Assembly (NCBI GenBank): GCA_965649765.1 | Contig: OZ287748.1 | Location: 83,824,001-83,888,000, forward strand | Source of the DNA: Bispira polyomma | Lineage: Eukaryota | DNA length: 64,000 nt | Direction: 5' to 3' | Shown: positions 50,371 through 64,000 of the stretch, piece after piece | Position numbering within the stretch: position 1 is the first letter of the stretch | Layout of the letters: each line of letters starts with the position of its first letter | Notes under the pieces: model-generated | Databases searched by the model: none | What the model was told of the DNA's origin: nothing | The model's input: only the letters and a program-made list of their open reading frames with translations | Made by a program: the position numbers and the translations under genes

Positions 50371-51810
50371 ATATATATTATATATATTAGGTAGGGATTT
50401 GTGACTGACACTGGAGCCGGCTTGTTACTGACATATTTAAGCAAGTATATCCTTATATTTAAAAAAAATATATTCATTTAACACTTGCACTGACAATAAT
50501 TTGAAATAATCTTCAGTTTCTTGTTACTTTGTCCAACACAAAAAGTCCAATTGGTATCACAAATCACAAAACATGTGACATCAAAAAAACAAACTTGACA
50601 TATTATACCCAATTTTCCTTTCCTGAAATACTGAAAGTATCAATTCATTAATTAACACCATTACTTTGCACGTCTCATAAATAATTAAAGGTACATGTGT
50701 TTTGGAACCTGAACTAATTCACTGCATCAGTTCATACGAGATGCCATTGATTTAGAAATCTTTGGGGACTGTTTCTGAATTTCTTTCTTCTTCAATAATT
50801 AACCCCTTGCTTCCAAGCTAATTTGTCCACCTTGTTTTAGTTTACATAGAGTGGTGAAACTAACATCGCCTATTTCCCCTGTCCTTGTTTTGTTTTCCTT
50901 TATAAATTGTACACAATAAATAAGAGAACCCACAAAGGGAATCCCTAGGGGTTTCTTCCGTAAATACAGATTAGCTCTAAACGTGTGACGCCATGCGGTG
51001 ATCAATAAAACTCCAAGAAATGTGTTGTGTTTATTTTCGTAACCGAGGTGACGTAGTAGTTTTTGTCTAATTCATCTGAGAATTCACTGACACGTAGAAT
51101 TTCTATTGTGAAAATGTATTTGTATGAAAAACCAAATATATCAAAAATATGTGACAATGAAACTATTATAAAAATTATGTATAATTCCGTAGGATTCACA
51201 AACAAAATTACGTCAGAAGTGCCACATTTAATTTGCCAAATACACTTTCCCACCATTGCATGTATTGACAGTTATTTATAACAAGATTAGTTTCACTAAA
51301 TACCACAATGTGGTAGTTCCATTGTTCTTATGTAAACTCATTCACACATTTTTTACACGGAAGCTTAAAATTTCGAAATTAATAATTAATATTATTAATA
51401 CCAAAACATGAATCATCTGACATCATTAACAAAAAATATGATATGCCACTGGACCAGTAAACCTTAACTATAACTAAAATTCAAAATAGCTATGACTGAA
51501 ACTTAAATTTATTCATTTATTGAACCTTGACCTTGAACTTTTGGTAAACTTTTACACATTCTGATTAATTAATAATGTTTTCCTTTTGTTTCCAATATTT
51601 TCTATATATCTTGCAAGACAAGTTGACTCACAAATAATAAATGTGGCAAATTTTTCACCTGGAGATGAAAACATAGACAGTTTTGTAGTATTACTAATTT
51701 ATTTGGTCAAACATAAAAAGTGATATTCGTCTTCAATTACCTTATCAGAAGAATGTAAGCACACCGTTATGCAGTAACACTGTCTAGTTGATAAATACCA
51801 AAAGGAGTTA

Positions 51811-51922
51811 GTTGTATGTGGACAATGTCAAGTAAAGGTCAAAAGGGAGTTGTATGTGAACAAGGTCAGGTAAAGGTCAAAAGGGAGTTGTATGTGGACA
51901 AGGTCAAGTGAAGGTCAAAAGG
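51811..51922 (+). repeat. 38-bp tandem x3, each unit carrying a DR5 nuclear-receptor motif
   Basis: ATGTCA agtaa AGGTCA (51825-51841); AGGTCA ggtaa AGGTCA (51863-51879); AGGTCA agtga AGGTCA (51901-51917). Confidence 0.85.
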
Positions 51923-52369
51923 TAAAAGATGCATTGCTAGAAACCTAAGACTATGGTTGAACTGTTTATAAATTGTTGTAACACATTAGGAGATATTTCA
52001 TAATCACTACATAATATGTTAATTATATTGGTTATGTTAAAACATCGAACAATACAAGTGTAATTCAGGAAAACTATTTTTTCATCTGAATTTCTGGGTT
52101 TTTCCAAATTATGATATTCCATATTACATAATGTATCTAAATAATGACGATGTACAAGCTATTTATTTCAAAAGAAAGCAATCTTGTAATTACCGACAAT
52201 GTGTTTTGTAATCGAGCTTGATAACATTTACATGAAGATTTATTGATGATATGATAGTGTTTTGGGGATTTTTTTCGTACTAATAGTACATAAAATAGAG
52301 ATAGATACGGATAAATAGTACAAACATATAAACATAATTACATATAATTATAAATGAAAAAAAATACAC

Positions 52370-52990
52370 TTATTCATTATAACTTACATCAATTAGTACA
52401 CAAAAATTTTATAATTTTAATAATTTCATCCTTGCTAAAATAGGAACAATTGGTGTCTCTCATAAGTAAGAGGTTTCTAATATTTCCAGCTATCATTTCA
52501 TTGTAATCAGGTTCAGGAATGGTACAAACATTGTCAAACTAAACATTGCAAATTTTAAAGGAATCATATCTATCTATATTAAAAACAGAACAAATCAAAC
52601 TTAAATTATTACTAGCAGATAAACCACTTCCTTGTTGCTGGTAGCACAGATTTACAGCTGAGTTGTTTGATTACATAACATTCTGATAAAACTTAATAAA
52701 CCTGTAGTACAACTGTGTGTCAATAGGATAATCATTCACAATCAAATGTAAAAGAGAGTTGCAACAGAGATTATTTAATTTCAATACTTTTCTGATACAC
52801 CGTCTCCATCTGGTATAAAACAACTCAACATCAGGGGAGGTAAAATCCCACCAAACGCACCCAAATAGGGGCATACAAAAAGTCTTAAATAGCTGATATT
52901 TGACATCGAATAAAATCTCATTAAACACAGAACAAAAATAATTTACCATATGTGTAAATTCATTTTTACACGAGAGAACACGTTAAGACA
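52370..52990 (-). mobile_element. 3' fragment of a non-LTR retrotransposon (RTE-X-like)
   Basis: VKYQLFKTFCMPLFGCVWW..WRRCIRKVLKL resembles the post-RT KxxLFxxxCxxxYGxxLW region; AATAAG/poly-T end near 52370. Confidence 0.65.
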
Positions 52991-53589
52991 GATTGAGAGA
53001 GTACCATAATAATCCATCTAACTTTGGTCAATTTATTTACAATCTACTTGACATGAAGTTTTAATGATGTTGATAACCTATACAATTTAACAAAGGGCTA
53101 AACCTGGGTAAGTTTTAATAATAATAAATATTATAGTAAAAAAAGTTGGTAACCGCTGACAGAATACAAGCACATAAGTCAGTTAAAATAGTTCTTACAC
53201 TTAAGAGTAATATAACAGTGACAAACAGCTACGGTTATGCACGAATCAAAAAAGAACACAGTTTTTAAAAAAATCGAATATAATAACAATGTCTATTCAA
53301 AGCATAATTTTATATCTTAAAAATTGTAATATAAATTTATTTAATCCATCGCTAATCTTAAACCAGTCATATTGTATGTAAAGGTAAGAAGCTTTTAGTT
53401 ACGAGATGTTCATGGAAAAATCAAAGTATGTTTTGCCGAGGTGAACATATATTCATCTCCGAGAATTAAGCCCCATAAACGAGCACTCTATTTGGTAATT
53501 ACCCGAGTTTTGCCGAGCTGTAATATTATGAGACAGTCATTTCCCGCTGTGGGTCGCCACCGTGCGACTACGTCTCCGTGATTGAAAAA

Positions 53590-53781
53590 CTGATTGGTCA
53601 AAGCGAGAGTCACATACCCGGATTAAAATACGTCTGATCAGGTTAAAGGGAAGAGCCATCTTTCTTCCCACTTCAGATTTTCTTTGGCTTTATAAATAGG
53701 TGTCTGGTTTATATATTGGACATTAGTAAGTGGGATATGCTGTAAAGCTGGATAGATTTCAACATTGTAAAGAAAAAATCG
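53590..53781 (+). promoter_or_regulatory. Pol II promoter and non-coding first exon of a plus-strand gene
   Basis: ATTGG (CCAAT box) 53593, TATAAAT 53691, Inr-like TTAGT ~53723, donor CG|GTAAGT after 53781. Confidence 0.65.
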
Positions 53782-55901
53782 GTAAGTTTTAACTATTTAC
53801 ACATTTTAATTGCATTTGAAATATATTCAGTACTACTATTTATTTGGTTTTAAAAAAAAAAAGTAAAATGATATATTATGTAAGGAATGATAGTGTCACT
53901 TAAAATTACATGAATATAACTTAAAAGTTAGTTACTAGTTAATTAGTTGGGTTTGTTTTCTGTAATGTAAGCTTAATAAATGGGAAATACTGCAAACATT
54001 AATACCCATAAACAAAATAGGAAATCAAAACGCTTATGACAATCAAGTCTATACATGCGTGTCAGGTTTTTATTATGTATTGAAAATGTCCTAGAATCGT
54101 TTGATTTCATCGGCAAAATAAATCTCTATCATAATAAAAGCCAGAAAATTGAACCTGATGTCTGCACAAAAGAAGGCGCCATGATGATACTACACAGATA
54201 GACACAGACCAAATCTATAATTTATGTCTCATTAAACTTCCAAGGTACTGTGTGTGTCTGTGTTGTACAGTGTATATACAGGGTGTTTATGTTTACATGG
54301 AAAATAGAGTATAAAGTTTGTGCAGAGACGAGTACATAAATATTTTGTCTGTAGTTTTACTGTGAAAAAACAGCAGAAAAAGCAAAGTTTTAAAATAAAC
54401 TGCAGTGGAAGATAGTGACTACTATTTACTGGTATTACAAATGACGGGGGAGGAATATGTATACTGCTGGTACTTTTGGGGAGGAGGGAAGATATTTAAT
54501 AGAAGTATTAAACAGAATACAGCTGTTATGTAGTGCATATATATATAGAACCACGGATGCGTAAATATATATTTACCAGCTAAAAAAAAATGTAAAGGAT
54601 TATATTATCACTTCTTTAGCAAAGAACTATATATTTTAAATATCTTGAGCACACAATAAGAACCGTTATAAAATTGACACAAACTTTAACTAAATTCCCA
54701 TCAATGCTATACATAATCAGAGGTAAGGCACTCAATGGAGCGCATACCTCTACTAAATGGCAAAAATATGAAAGAAAATTCTGCGTGCTTCAAATTAGAA
54801 AGGATTTTCCTTGGTCCATGCTCCATCCATACAAAAAACTGTTTTATCATTTATTGAACATTCAAAAGTTTAAACCCTGGCTATACTATAAAAAGTCTTA
54901 AAGATGGGGGGAAAGGGGTTAGAATATTAGTACACATGTACATTCATGTTCTGTTTATTCCATAACATCCATAATGATAAAGCTGTGCCTTACACAGAAT
55001 GGCTATGTAATGATGCTTTTTCTTGTTAAACAATTATAAACAGTTCTGTCATTTGGACAATACATATAAGAAAGATAAAGGAGCACTCAGAAATACTACC
55101 GGACATTTTTGTTTATAGAGAGCCACATTTTTAAGTTCAATATATTCCATTCGAACAGGCCTTACATTTTAATTGTTCAGTTGAAAACAATCAATGTTCG
55201 AGTTAGTTGAAATATTGGATTTTATTTCGTGCCACTGCATACATATTATTTGTCTATTTGAATGAAACTTAAATAGCTTCATCACTACTTTGAAACAACT
55301 CTTCGACATCAAGCAAATTTTATCAAGAAGATAATGCAGCAATTTACTGTTTATGAGTATAAATAAAATAAACTTGTTCATATTTTATTAGTATAAAAGA
55401 GATGTGTCATAACTATTTAGTTGTTTCCAGTTATTGGTAATGTTTGTGTTCATTTTTCTGATTAAATTAAATAAAGACATGTGCACCAAATAATTAAATG
55501 ATTTAAAAAGGAAAACATTGTAAACAATACAAGGGTAGTTGGTATTTCAATTAAGTATACATAACGATCCTATGACTTTTTATCAACGTGTAAAGCCTGC
55601 AATTTATAGCTATAATTTCTATAATATATAAATCTCCGGATCTTTGTTCATATAAAAGCTGTTTATTCATGTAAATTTGAAGTACCACACATCAAGCCAA
55701 CTCGATTGAATTCTCCCTTGTTTTACATGTGTTAAATTTATAACCCTATGGCCAGAGAGATAAATAGCACCAGTTTATAACTGTACATCTCACACTTTAG
55801 AATGTACACTACACTAGAAATATATATATAAAAATAGCTACAAAGATAGTAGAAATAGCTGCAGGGTGCAATATATATGATATGCTCCTATAGTTTAACT
55901 G

Positions 55902-55902
55902 T

Positions 55903-55936
<34 letters not shown>
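55902..55936. repeat. (TA)n microsatellite
   Basis: Direct reading. Confidence 0.95.
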
Positions 55937-55939
<3 letters not shown>

Positions 55940-58900
55940 ATTATATTCGTGGTACGTAGACACATATGCAAGTACACTCACGACGACGTAAACAACGTCA
56001 TGATGAACAGCAAACTGCAAAAGAGAAAGAAGTATCTAAGGTGTTGAATTCAAAATGAAGCAGTGGTGGAGCTTTTTATTTTAAATGGATAGAAAAAGTT
56101 AATGCTTAAATTGAGGACTTGCTTATATCATTCCCTAATCTAATATTACAAACCAGCAATATTGAAATACCTATTACAAGACATAAATATAGAAACTAAT
56201 AGAGAGAAAAAAGCCAGGAACATTTTAAAAGCTATATTAAAGTATAAACCTAAAAAGGGGTGTTTCAAGTTTAAAGGTTGCTGATACATGACCAAATAAA
56301 GTAATGTCTTAATTATCATAAAATATTCAGTGTCTGAATTCACTAAATTATAACATATTTAGATTATATTAATAGTTGTTTCCAATGGTACTTCAAACTT
56401 AACGTTAAGCTGGTTTAAGAAATTCCAATCTTATTTAAAAAGAATAACAATATGACAGGAAAGAAATATACAATTGCAAATGGTGATAATTTGAGTCAAG
56501 GCACGAACCCATTACTTGTATAAGGACATATAGACTAGTATGTATGACGTATGGACTGAAAGAGGTGACGTCATTGACTCTTGACCTCGTTCTTAAATTC
56601 ATAGATTTTTGTCCAAGAAAGTGAATATGACGTTTTTAAAATTGTGTATGAACTACATATTGAAATGATTACCTTTGAGTTTTACTAGAGAGAATATACA
56701 GAAAACTACTAAAAGGAAAGCTATAGGAGTGATGAGTTAAAAGTTCCCACGCAGATGATGTATAGATGGTTTGTAGATGCTATGTGTTCACAGGGATCAG
56801 TGATGTTTAGATTGGACTCAGCAGTATCATCAGTCTCCATTGAGGATTAACGGTGTTAGTGAATAGATTGATAGACAAAAAACAACCCACACATACAGGC
56901 CCAAAAAGCACGAACTTTCTCACCAACGAGGTTTTGAGCTTTAGTGGTCACCTTAACATATTATTTTGTAACTTAATTTGTAATAAAAGACAAAGGCAAG
57001 GTGAAGGTGCTAGTGCAATATTTAGATCATAACAGCAGCTCAGAATAGGAACGTAAATAGTCGTGTTTAGTGTTGCCAATATTTGATAATAACACAGACA
57101 GCACAAATAAGTCTGGTTTATGAGGTTTAAGGTGTTAGTTTTGGAGCAGACAGGTATTGTGTGTTAGTGTGTACCTTGGCCTGGCTGCAGGTGTACATGA
57201 ACCTGTTCCTGATGGTCATCAATCCATTAACAAACACAACTCGGGTGGGTTTTGTAAAGAGATCAACATCAGCTAAAGATTATGTTAGAACCTTTTTGTA
57301 TATATTGACCTTCACAACACTGTACTATTTTTGTTTTGCATTTTTTGTGTGTGTGAAACTGTGTTCTAGTGATTGAATTTTGTAATGTTAACCCTCTTTA
57401 TACTATCAAGTGTGAACGACACATATTGATATTAAGTAAACTAGCTTTATCATGAACTATTGATCATAAAATGTACAACTAATATAACATCAATTTTGAC
57501 AGAGTAGTTCAAAATTATTCTCTGGTACTTTAAATTAGATAAAAAGTTTTAACAGTTAATTATTGAGTCTAAACTAAACCATAAATTTTATTCAAGTTAA
57601 AATAAAGTAAAGATGACAGGTCTATTATCAAGCTTAACTGCTAAGAAATGGAGCACACTTAGAACAGAAACACAAATAGTCGAGTTTAGTGATGCTACTT
57701 GATCAAAGCATGAATTAATGAAATCAGAAGTAGCTTCGAATCCTCTAGTACGGTTGTTAAGCGCTATAATAAAAGTTGGAGTAGATTAGATTAAAGAGAG
57801 AGGTTTCAGCGAAAGGCAGAATACCAGAAAACTGGTCCTTTAAGAATAGACATCTTACATAACTGGTACACATGTTAGTATCCAAAAGTCTTTTTTTTTT
57901 CAAAAACATCCCAAACTTCCGGCCTGACTACAGCACGTATAACGTTGTAGAAGTGTAGAGTATATCACCTCCAGCCCCCAGCTGTGGAGACTCCCCCACT
58001 ACATTACTGAGATGTAGTTATTGGTGACCAGAGGTCAGGGGAGATATTGGATAGTATAACTCAATGTGTCAGCTACTCTAATATAGTGGGGAGGGGAGGA
58101 TGGGCTAAAGGATAAACCTGAAACACAGACCGCAAATATAGAGCAATAGTCGACATTAAGCCAAGAGAGACAAGGGGAAAAAACAAATGCTAATAATAAT
58201 CCATTATTAAAAACAAACAAAAATATTTCAGCTCTAATAAAGCACCTCAAGGCAATGAATAGAACTGCAAAAAATGTCTATTGTCATTGTTGCAATGTTA
58301 TCAGGAATGTTTAACGTGATTTTTAAAGTATAAACTATTTTTTAAGCATTTAGATTGTGGTTGCTCATAATTAAACCTAATGATTGTAATTTCAAATATT
58401 TCAATAAGGATGGTGTATATTGTCACCTTTTAAATAGTTAACACAAATATTTGATTTTTAAAGGACAAACTTTTTTTAAACAGTTAGATTGTGTCTTTTG
58501 ATAACTTAATCTTACTAAATAAACGTAAAATTGGGCGGTAACATTACCAGTAATAAATATCGATTAGTGTTAGTAGAATATTACTGTTAACTTGAATGAT
58601 ATATAAGTTACAAATAAATGTTATCATTAGATGTTGGCATTTCCAGGATATTTTTAAGTCTTTCACAGCAAAATTACAGCTTCATAAGCTTCCACATGAC
58701 CAACTTGCCATGGCTGACTTTTTCTTTCTCTTCCAAAGCACGCTGACATGATGGGTAATTTAGTGGCCATTACATGCTACACATTAATAGCAATACGTGA
58801 GGAGGGTGGGGGTTCTCAAGAACAGTCCATAATATGGGCAGCTCTGAGGCGTGATAAAATCACGTTTCTGAATGAATCAGATAAATTATTCAACTAATAA

Positions 58901-58989
58901 CAAATGTTTGAGATGCATTCCCATGAAGGCTTGTGGCTATTTGTACTCCACACACAAACAAAATCCATCACAAGCTTAACTCTGACTCC

Positions 58990-59400
58990 TCAAACCTATA
59001 AAGGTATCTTTTGGTATCTCTGGCAAGATTCAAGATATGTCAAATCTGGCTGCATATTTGAATTCAGCGTTAAAATCTCGATTAAAATGACTGGTCACAA
59101 GTATAGGTCATTTCTATGTATAAGGGTTCTGCATGGCCTTCACATTTTAGACGAGTCTAAGGTTGGAGTTTCTTTAAAGAATATGAGCTCTGTGCCTCGA
59201 ACTCTATCATCTAAACAAATTAAAGCTCAAACTTTAACTGAACTCAAATGAAGGCTATCTGCAAATTAGTGTATATGGAAGTAACCTATACTTACAACCA
59301 TTTATTTTGATTGAGTTTTCAGCGCTGAATCCAGATATGTAGTTAGATTTGACTTAACACCACTCTAGCCAGAGATATGGGGACTTTAGCTGGGAACTTA
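58990..59400. mobile_element. Degenerate DNA-transposon remnant; related piece at ~19250-19370
   Basis: AAATCTGGCTGCATATTTGAATTCAGCG pairs with CGCTGAATCCAGATATGTAGTTAGATTT; a similar motif occurs at 19290-19320. Confidence 0.55.
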
Positions 59401-61069
59401 AGGCTGAAGTTATTTTTTGTTGGTCCCCAGAGTTGAAGTAATCAAATAGTTTGCTATTGATCACAGAAAGCTGAGTAATCCCTGGGCATAGGAGGGGTTT
59501 ACGGTTAGCCTTGCCTGAGGTTCAGCTTTGTTAGAAAGTTTTAAAATTGATTTGGGAATAATTTACAATATGTATGTATATAAAAATTTAAGATAATGTA
59601 CTGATATAGGTAACAGCTTCTTCTTTATTGGCCAAAAGTTGGTCTACACCTGTCTAGGATATTATAACATTTCAGATACATTACCTGATTCTTTCAGACA
59701 TTTTAAGAACTGTTTGAGACATTTGATAATAGTATGTGATTTATTTATAAGTACATTGTGTTTGATTGAACTACGAGCAAGGCTAGTCTTGGGGTAATCC
59801 CTGGCTCTGAGTCGAGGCCTGGGGTGGGTCACGTGATGAGCGTTCTTGTAAAATCTGAGTAGGGTCTGGGTGTGATATTGAGAGCTAGAATAGGCAGGAG
59901 AATCCTAGACGTCCCCTGGGGCAGTGGTTGGTATCAGGTTGGGAGGATCCTTTATCTTTAAGTTAGGAACAATTTGGAACAAAAAAAAAATCAAGAAATA
60001 GACACTGCAATTTTTCTGTTCATTTATTTATAACTTTTGTCAATATTTTATCTTTGCAAAATTACACATATTAAGTGTTTGAATGTGTTGTTAATCTTCT
60101 GTAGCTGTAAAGAAACAAGGTATGGCTTTAATATTTTATTGTCTTAATTTCCTGATTCTCGGATAGATTTATACATTGCATCACAATTATTAAATGAAAG
60201 TATACTAGCCTCTATTTAAAATATTGTAACTGAACACTTGGCCTGTGTTAGCCTTAGACATTATAACATTTCAAATACATTTCCTGATTCATTTAGACAT
60301 TTGATAATAACTAATAAATGAAAGAATACTATAGCCTCCATTTACAATAGATAAATATACACTGAGAAGTTATGCAAGCCACTCACAATATACTCGGTAA
60401 ACCGACAATGGGTTATTATTAAAAGATAAAAATTATGTATCTGTATCATTTGATTAACAACCACATTTTTTTACTGCAGTGACATTGTTATACATTAACG
60501 TCACTATGAAAAAATCAACCTCATCATTGTGTTATTTATAGGCGTTCTCAGCACAGTCAAACAGCTCTATCTCCTGACTTTGTCTGTCAAACAAGTTATC
60601 CATTTTTATAACAGCTCCATATCAGACATTTTGGCACAGTATAAAAGTCCTTATCATGGTTGTATAACTTAGACTGACAAATAGAAAATGTGTTATAATA
60701 TTGGCCATGTCTACAGGAAGGGTGTTATTCTAACACTCGTCAATAGATGTGTACCGTAATCAGTCACGTGATCCAATAACCCAAGTGGTGGGTGTTAAAT
60801 GATTAAGGAATAGAGGAGGGAGAATAATTAGCACAGATATTACTCTAATGTAATGAATCATCCCCTAATGTCGATACAGAGACTTGTTTCATTACAGTAT
60901 TATTTAATAGGAGAATGAATTGCCAGTAATGACTATAAACTCATTGCAGGAAAACTGGTAAATTATACAGGCATCACTGACTAGTTTTTTTTTTATTTTA
61001 ACAAAAATTGTAAGGTTAACAGATTTAACATGCATTGTCTGGTATTGTATTTTGGATTTTCAACGTGGT

Positions 61070-61440
61070 TTATTGATGTGAGGCATCTTCTAAAGTACAA
61101 CATAATCCGTCAACCAATAGAGAAGTTAAAAAAACATAGGCACGGTTGTAAGGAAGGATGTGGAGGTGTACAGGGAGGGGAACTAAGGAGGGGGGGGGGG
61201 GGTAGGTAAGTTTGAAAGGATAGGTTTTCAAGCTTTTTTCTAAAACCAGAAAGGGTTTCAAGTTACCTAAGCTCAACAGGGAGACTATTCCATAACATAG
61301 GGGCAGGAAGTCACAGAGAAAGCTCTAGATCCAGCCCTGGTGGTGGGTTTAACAGAGGAAACAGGAAGTTGCCCCTTTTAAGGTTACTGAAGGAAAGGCA
61401 GTATATATCATCAATGAATTCAGTCCCCCCAGTCATCAAA
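61070..61440 (-). mobile_element. Degraded L2-like LINE 3' fragment
   Basis: Minus translation PAPMLWNSLPVELR*LETLSGFRKKL. Confidence 0.6.
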
Positions 61441-63983
61441 AGTATACAAGTGCTATGAGAAAAGGTCACACTGTGGCAAGATGAAAGTCTTGTTTACCAA
61501 CGAATTGGTATCTCTTATAGTTATACATCTGATTCTTCATCATTCAAACAGATGTACAAATTTCCTATGTGATACAGCATCACTATAATAATATTAGCAG
61601 TCATGGCAAAGTATTGCCACAAAACTGATTGACTTTTATTAATCACTTTCCACTTATGACCCAGATATAAAAAGTAGTTGTTTGTGGCATCCGAGCCATC
61701 GACTATCTGAAACTTCAAACGAATGATGTAATTAAAAATTGTGATATGTATTGACACTTGTAGTGATGACAGTGATTACACAAAGAATGGTTCACACATT
61801 TGTTCAGTACAGGAAGCAATTATAGGCACATTTCATGTTCTTATTACTATTGCACGACATAAGATCCATTATTTCTTATTTCCGATAGTTGATTAATGGT
61901 CACCATGACAACCATCAAGTATAAACAACATTGTGATAGAGCTACAAGTGTAGTCTATTGGAAGTTTTCACACTGTCGATGTAAACATATATATTAGGAG
62001 TTTTGTTCCATGATATAATTTTGTAACTTGGCAGTTTAAAATTAGGTACTATTCAAGAAATTTTGAAAGCTGGAATTTAATTAATTTTAGCATGTTTGGT
62101 TTAGTCAACAAATTACAGTTGCTTGAAAGCTGAAAAAATGATGGTCATTTAGGCTCCAGTGCAACACAAAAACAAGATTGCAAAATAACTGGACTAGTAT
62201 ACTTCAAAAACTCCTGAAACTTGAACTCAGATGAATGCAATGTTAAAGTACCTCTACATGCCAAAAAAACTATAGTTGTAACCATTCATTTTGAACAGTA
62301 TTCAGTACTTAATTCAAATATGTAATCAGATTTAACTTAACTTTACACAAGCCATAGATATAGGAACCTTAGATTTGAGCTTGAGTCCGAGTTTAGCTTA
62401 AATTTTTTACAGCATAGTCACTGATTAAATTTCTAGAATCCTCATAAACAAGTAGATTGGTTGTCTATATGTAGTGGCTCTAATGGACTAAGCTTGCATT
62501 AGCTCCCTCTCAAACAGGTGTGCCAGAAGCAGGTGAAATGTTCTGGTCTAGAGAAGAGGTCATGGAATAATGAGTCATTAACTGTAAGCAGATGAGTGTG
62601 TGTTGTTCGGGTGAAAACAACGAAAATTGGTTTATGCCAGGCGTCCTGGTTTTGCTTACACAACAGACACAAATCATCTGACAAATTCACATTTCTCTGT
62701 CTAATGCATAAACTATAAATGAACTTAGACTGAAAAATAACATTTTAAATAAAAATACATTACTTTCTCTATACTGGTTATTTTGGCAAATCTAAGCTTT
62801 CGAAGATATACATGGTATATAAGTATGCAAATATAAAAGTTGATATAAATTGTATAAAAGTTGTGTTCAGGCTTTCAAAGATTTATGTATTATATTAATA
62901 ATACAAATTTAAAAGTGGATGTCAGTTGTATAACAATTATATTTATCATTGCATTGTATGTGACATTCAATGTATGCAGAGTTTAACACACAGAAGTATG
63001 AACTTTAACACACTGGCTCCAGTCAACGCTTTCTTTCATAGACGTTGTCCCCTGTTTACACCATAAAGAACTGCAACATCAAACATATTAACATATCACT
63101 GATATTAAGTAAGAATGTGCAGTTATATCTCTCAGAAGTGGTTTTATAAACAAAAAGAATGGAAACTGTGCCAGGTACAATTCAACAAGTCACTTTGAAT
63201 GTTGAATAATGTGATATAAATGGTCTGAAGGCTAAATACTAACAGCATCAAACATGATCGGAATACATGGCTTTATGCCTCAGGGTAATGAAACGGTGTA
63301 GCACCGAATATAGTAAGGTATCCATCTATATCCAAAGCATAAATTAGTCAACAGCTAGACATCCGACATGTATGTTAGATTTAAAGCAGTCTGTGAGACT
63401 GTCACTGGTGATGTTCACATAATTATAATCATGATCACAATGTTAATTAGGTTACTTCTGTAGTGTGCCTTGAACCGCTAAACCTCAGTGAAAGAGGTAT
63501 AAAAGCTTGCGTCTGTACATTGTAACAAAAGACAAGATGAGCTTCCCATTTCCTCAAGCACACTCTAGGATTCTGGACAAACGCAACATTCAAAAGAACA
63601 AGAGAACCTTTTCATCTATGTTGATTTTACTTAATTGCTATAAATAACAAGTAAATTTGCCAGATTCATAGGACACAAACTAATTTCAATGAAAATTTTA
63701 CACAATAAAAGATCTGTAGGTTAAGTTATTAATTATATACCTGTATAAGATACAATTCTATTTCTATGAAAATTGTACACAATAAAACATCTTTTTTTCA
63801 GGTTATCAAGCATATAACCGATAAAATGTAGCTGGCCCTAAGAGTTTATTCTTAATTTTTATTTTGAACACCAACAGAGAAACAACATGTAATCTAGCCA
63901 TATATTATATTGGGAACCTTTATAGCAATACATGAACAATCATCTGAGTGTTGTTTTTGTATTGTAGACTAACCATTTCAACA

Positions 63984-64000
63984 ATGGCAGCAGAGAAGAC
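63984..64000 (+). CDS. Probable first coding exon (MAAEK...), truncated by window end
   Basis: Acceptor TTTTTGTATTGTAG| at 63967 and strong Kozak context ACAATGG. Confidence 0.55.

Overview
AT-rich, repeat-dense animal genomic DNA, probably a mollusc/lophotrochozoan (inferred from the SINE and LINE types). Left third: a minus-strand gene missed by the ORF track. Five phase-compatible coding exons (20974-20902, 14534-14219, 6477-6413, 3584-3510, 2629-2547) splice into a 204-aa N-terminal part of a secreted Cys/Trp-patterned protein (DUF7042/7043/7044-like by motif). It is preceded by a 32-codon uORF and E2F-type sites. Its introns hold many PIF/Harbinger-type MITEs (two are inverted self-nested), SINEs, a LINE tail and a probable solo LTR rich in M-boxes. 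Middle: a head-to-tail duplication (A 23450-37550, B 37551-45282) whose copies differ by clean insertions. Copy A has a complete but frameshifted Gmr1-type Ty3/Gypsy LTR retrotransposon (23687-30259; PR-IN-RT-RH order, tRNA-Pro PBS, ATAG TSD), a SINE and a 13-unit 85-bp array (3 units in B). Copy B has a TAC...GTA TIR element with a 7-bp TSD. Right third: LINE remnants, a perfect 93-bp inverted copy inside a (TA)n tract, a triple DR5 (AGGTCA n5 AGGTCA) array, and a CCAAT/TATA promoter with a non-coding first exon whose likely CDS starts at 63984 (MAAEK...) and runs off the window. All calls were made by eye; no database search was run.
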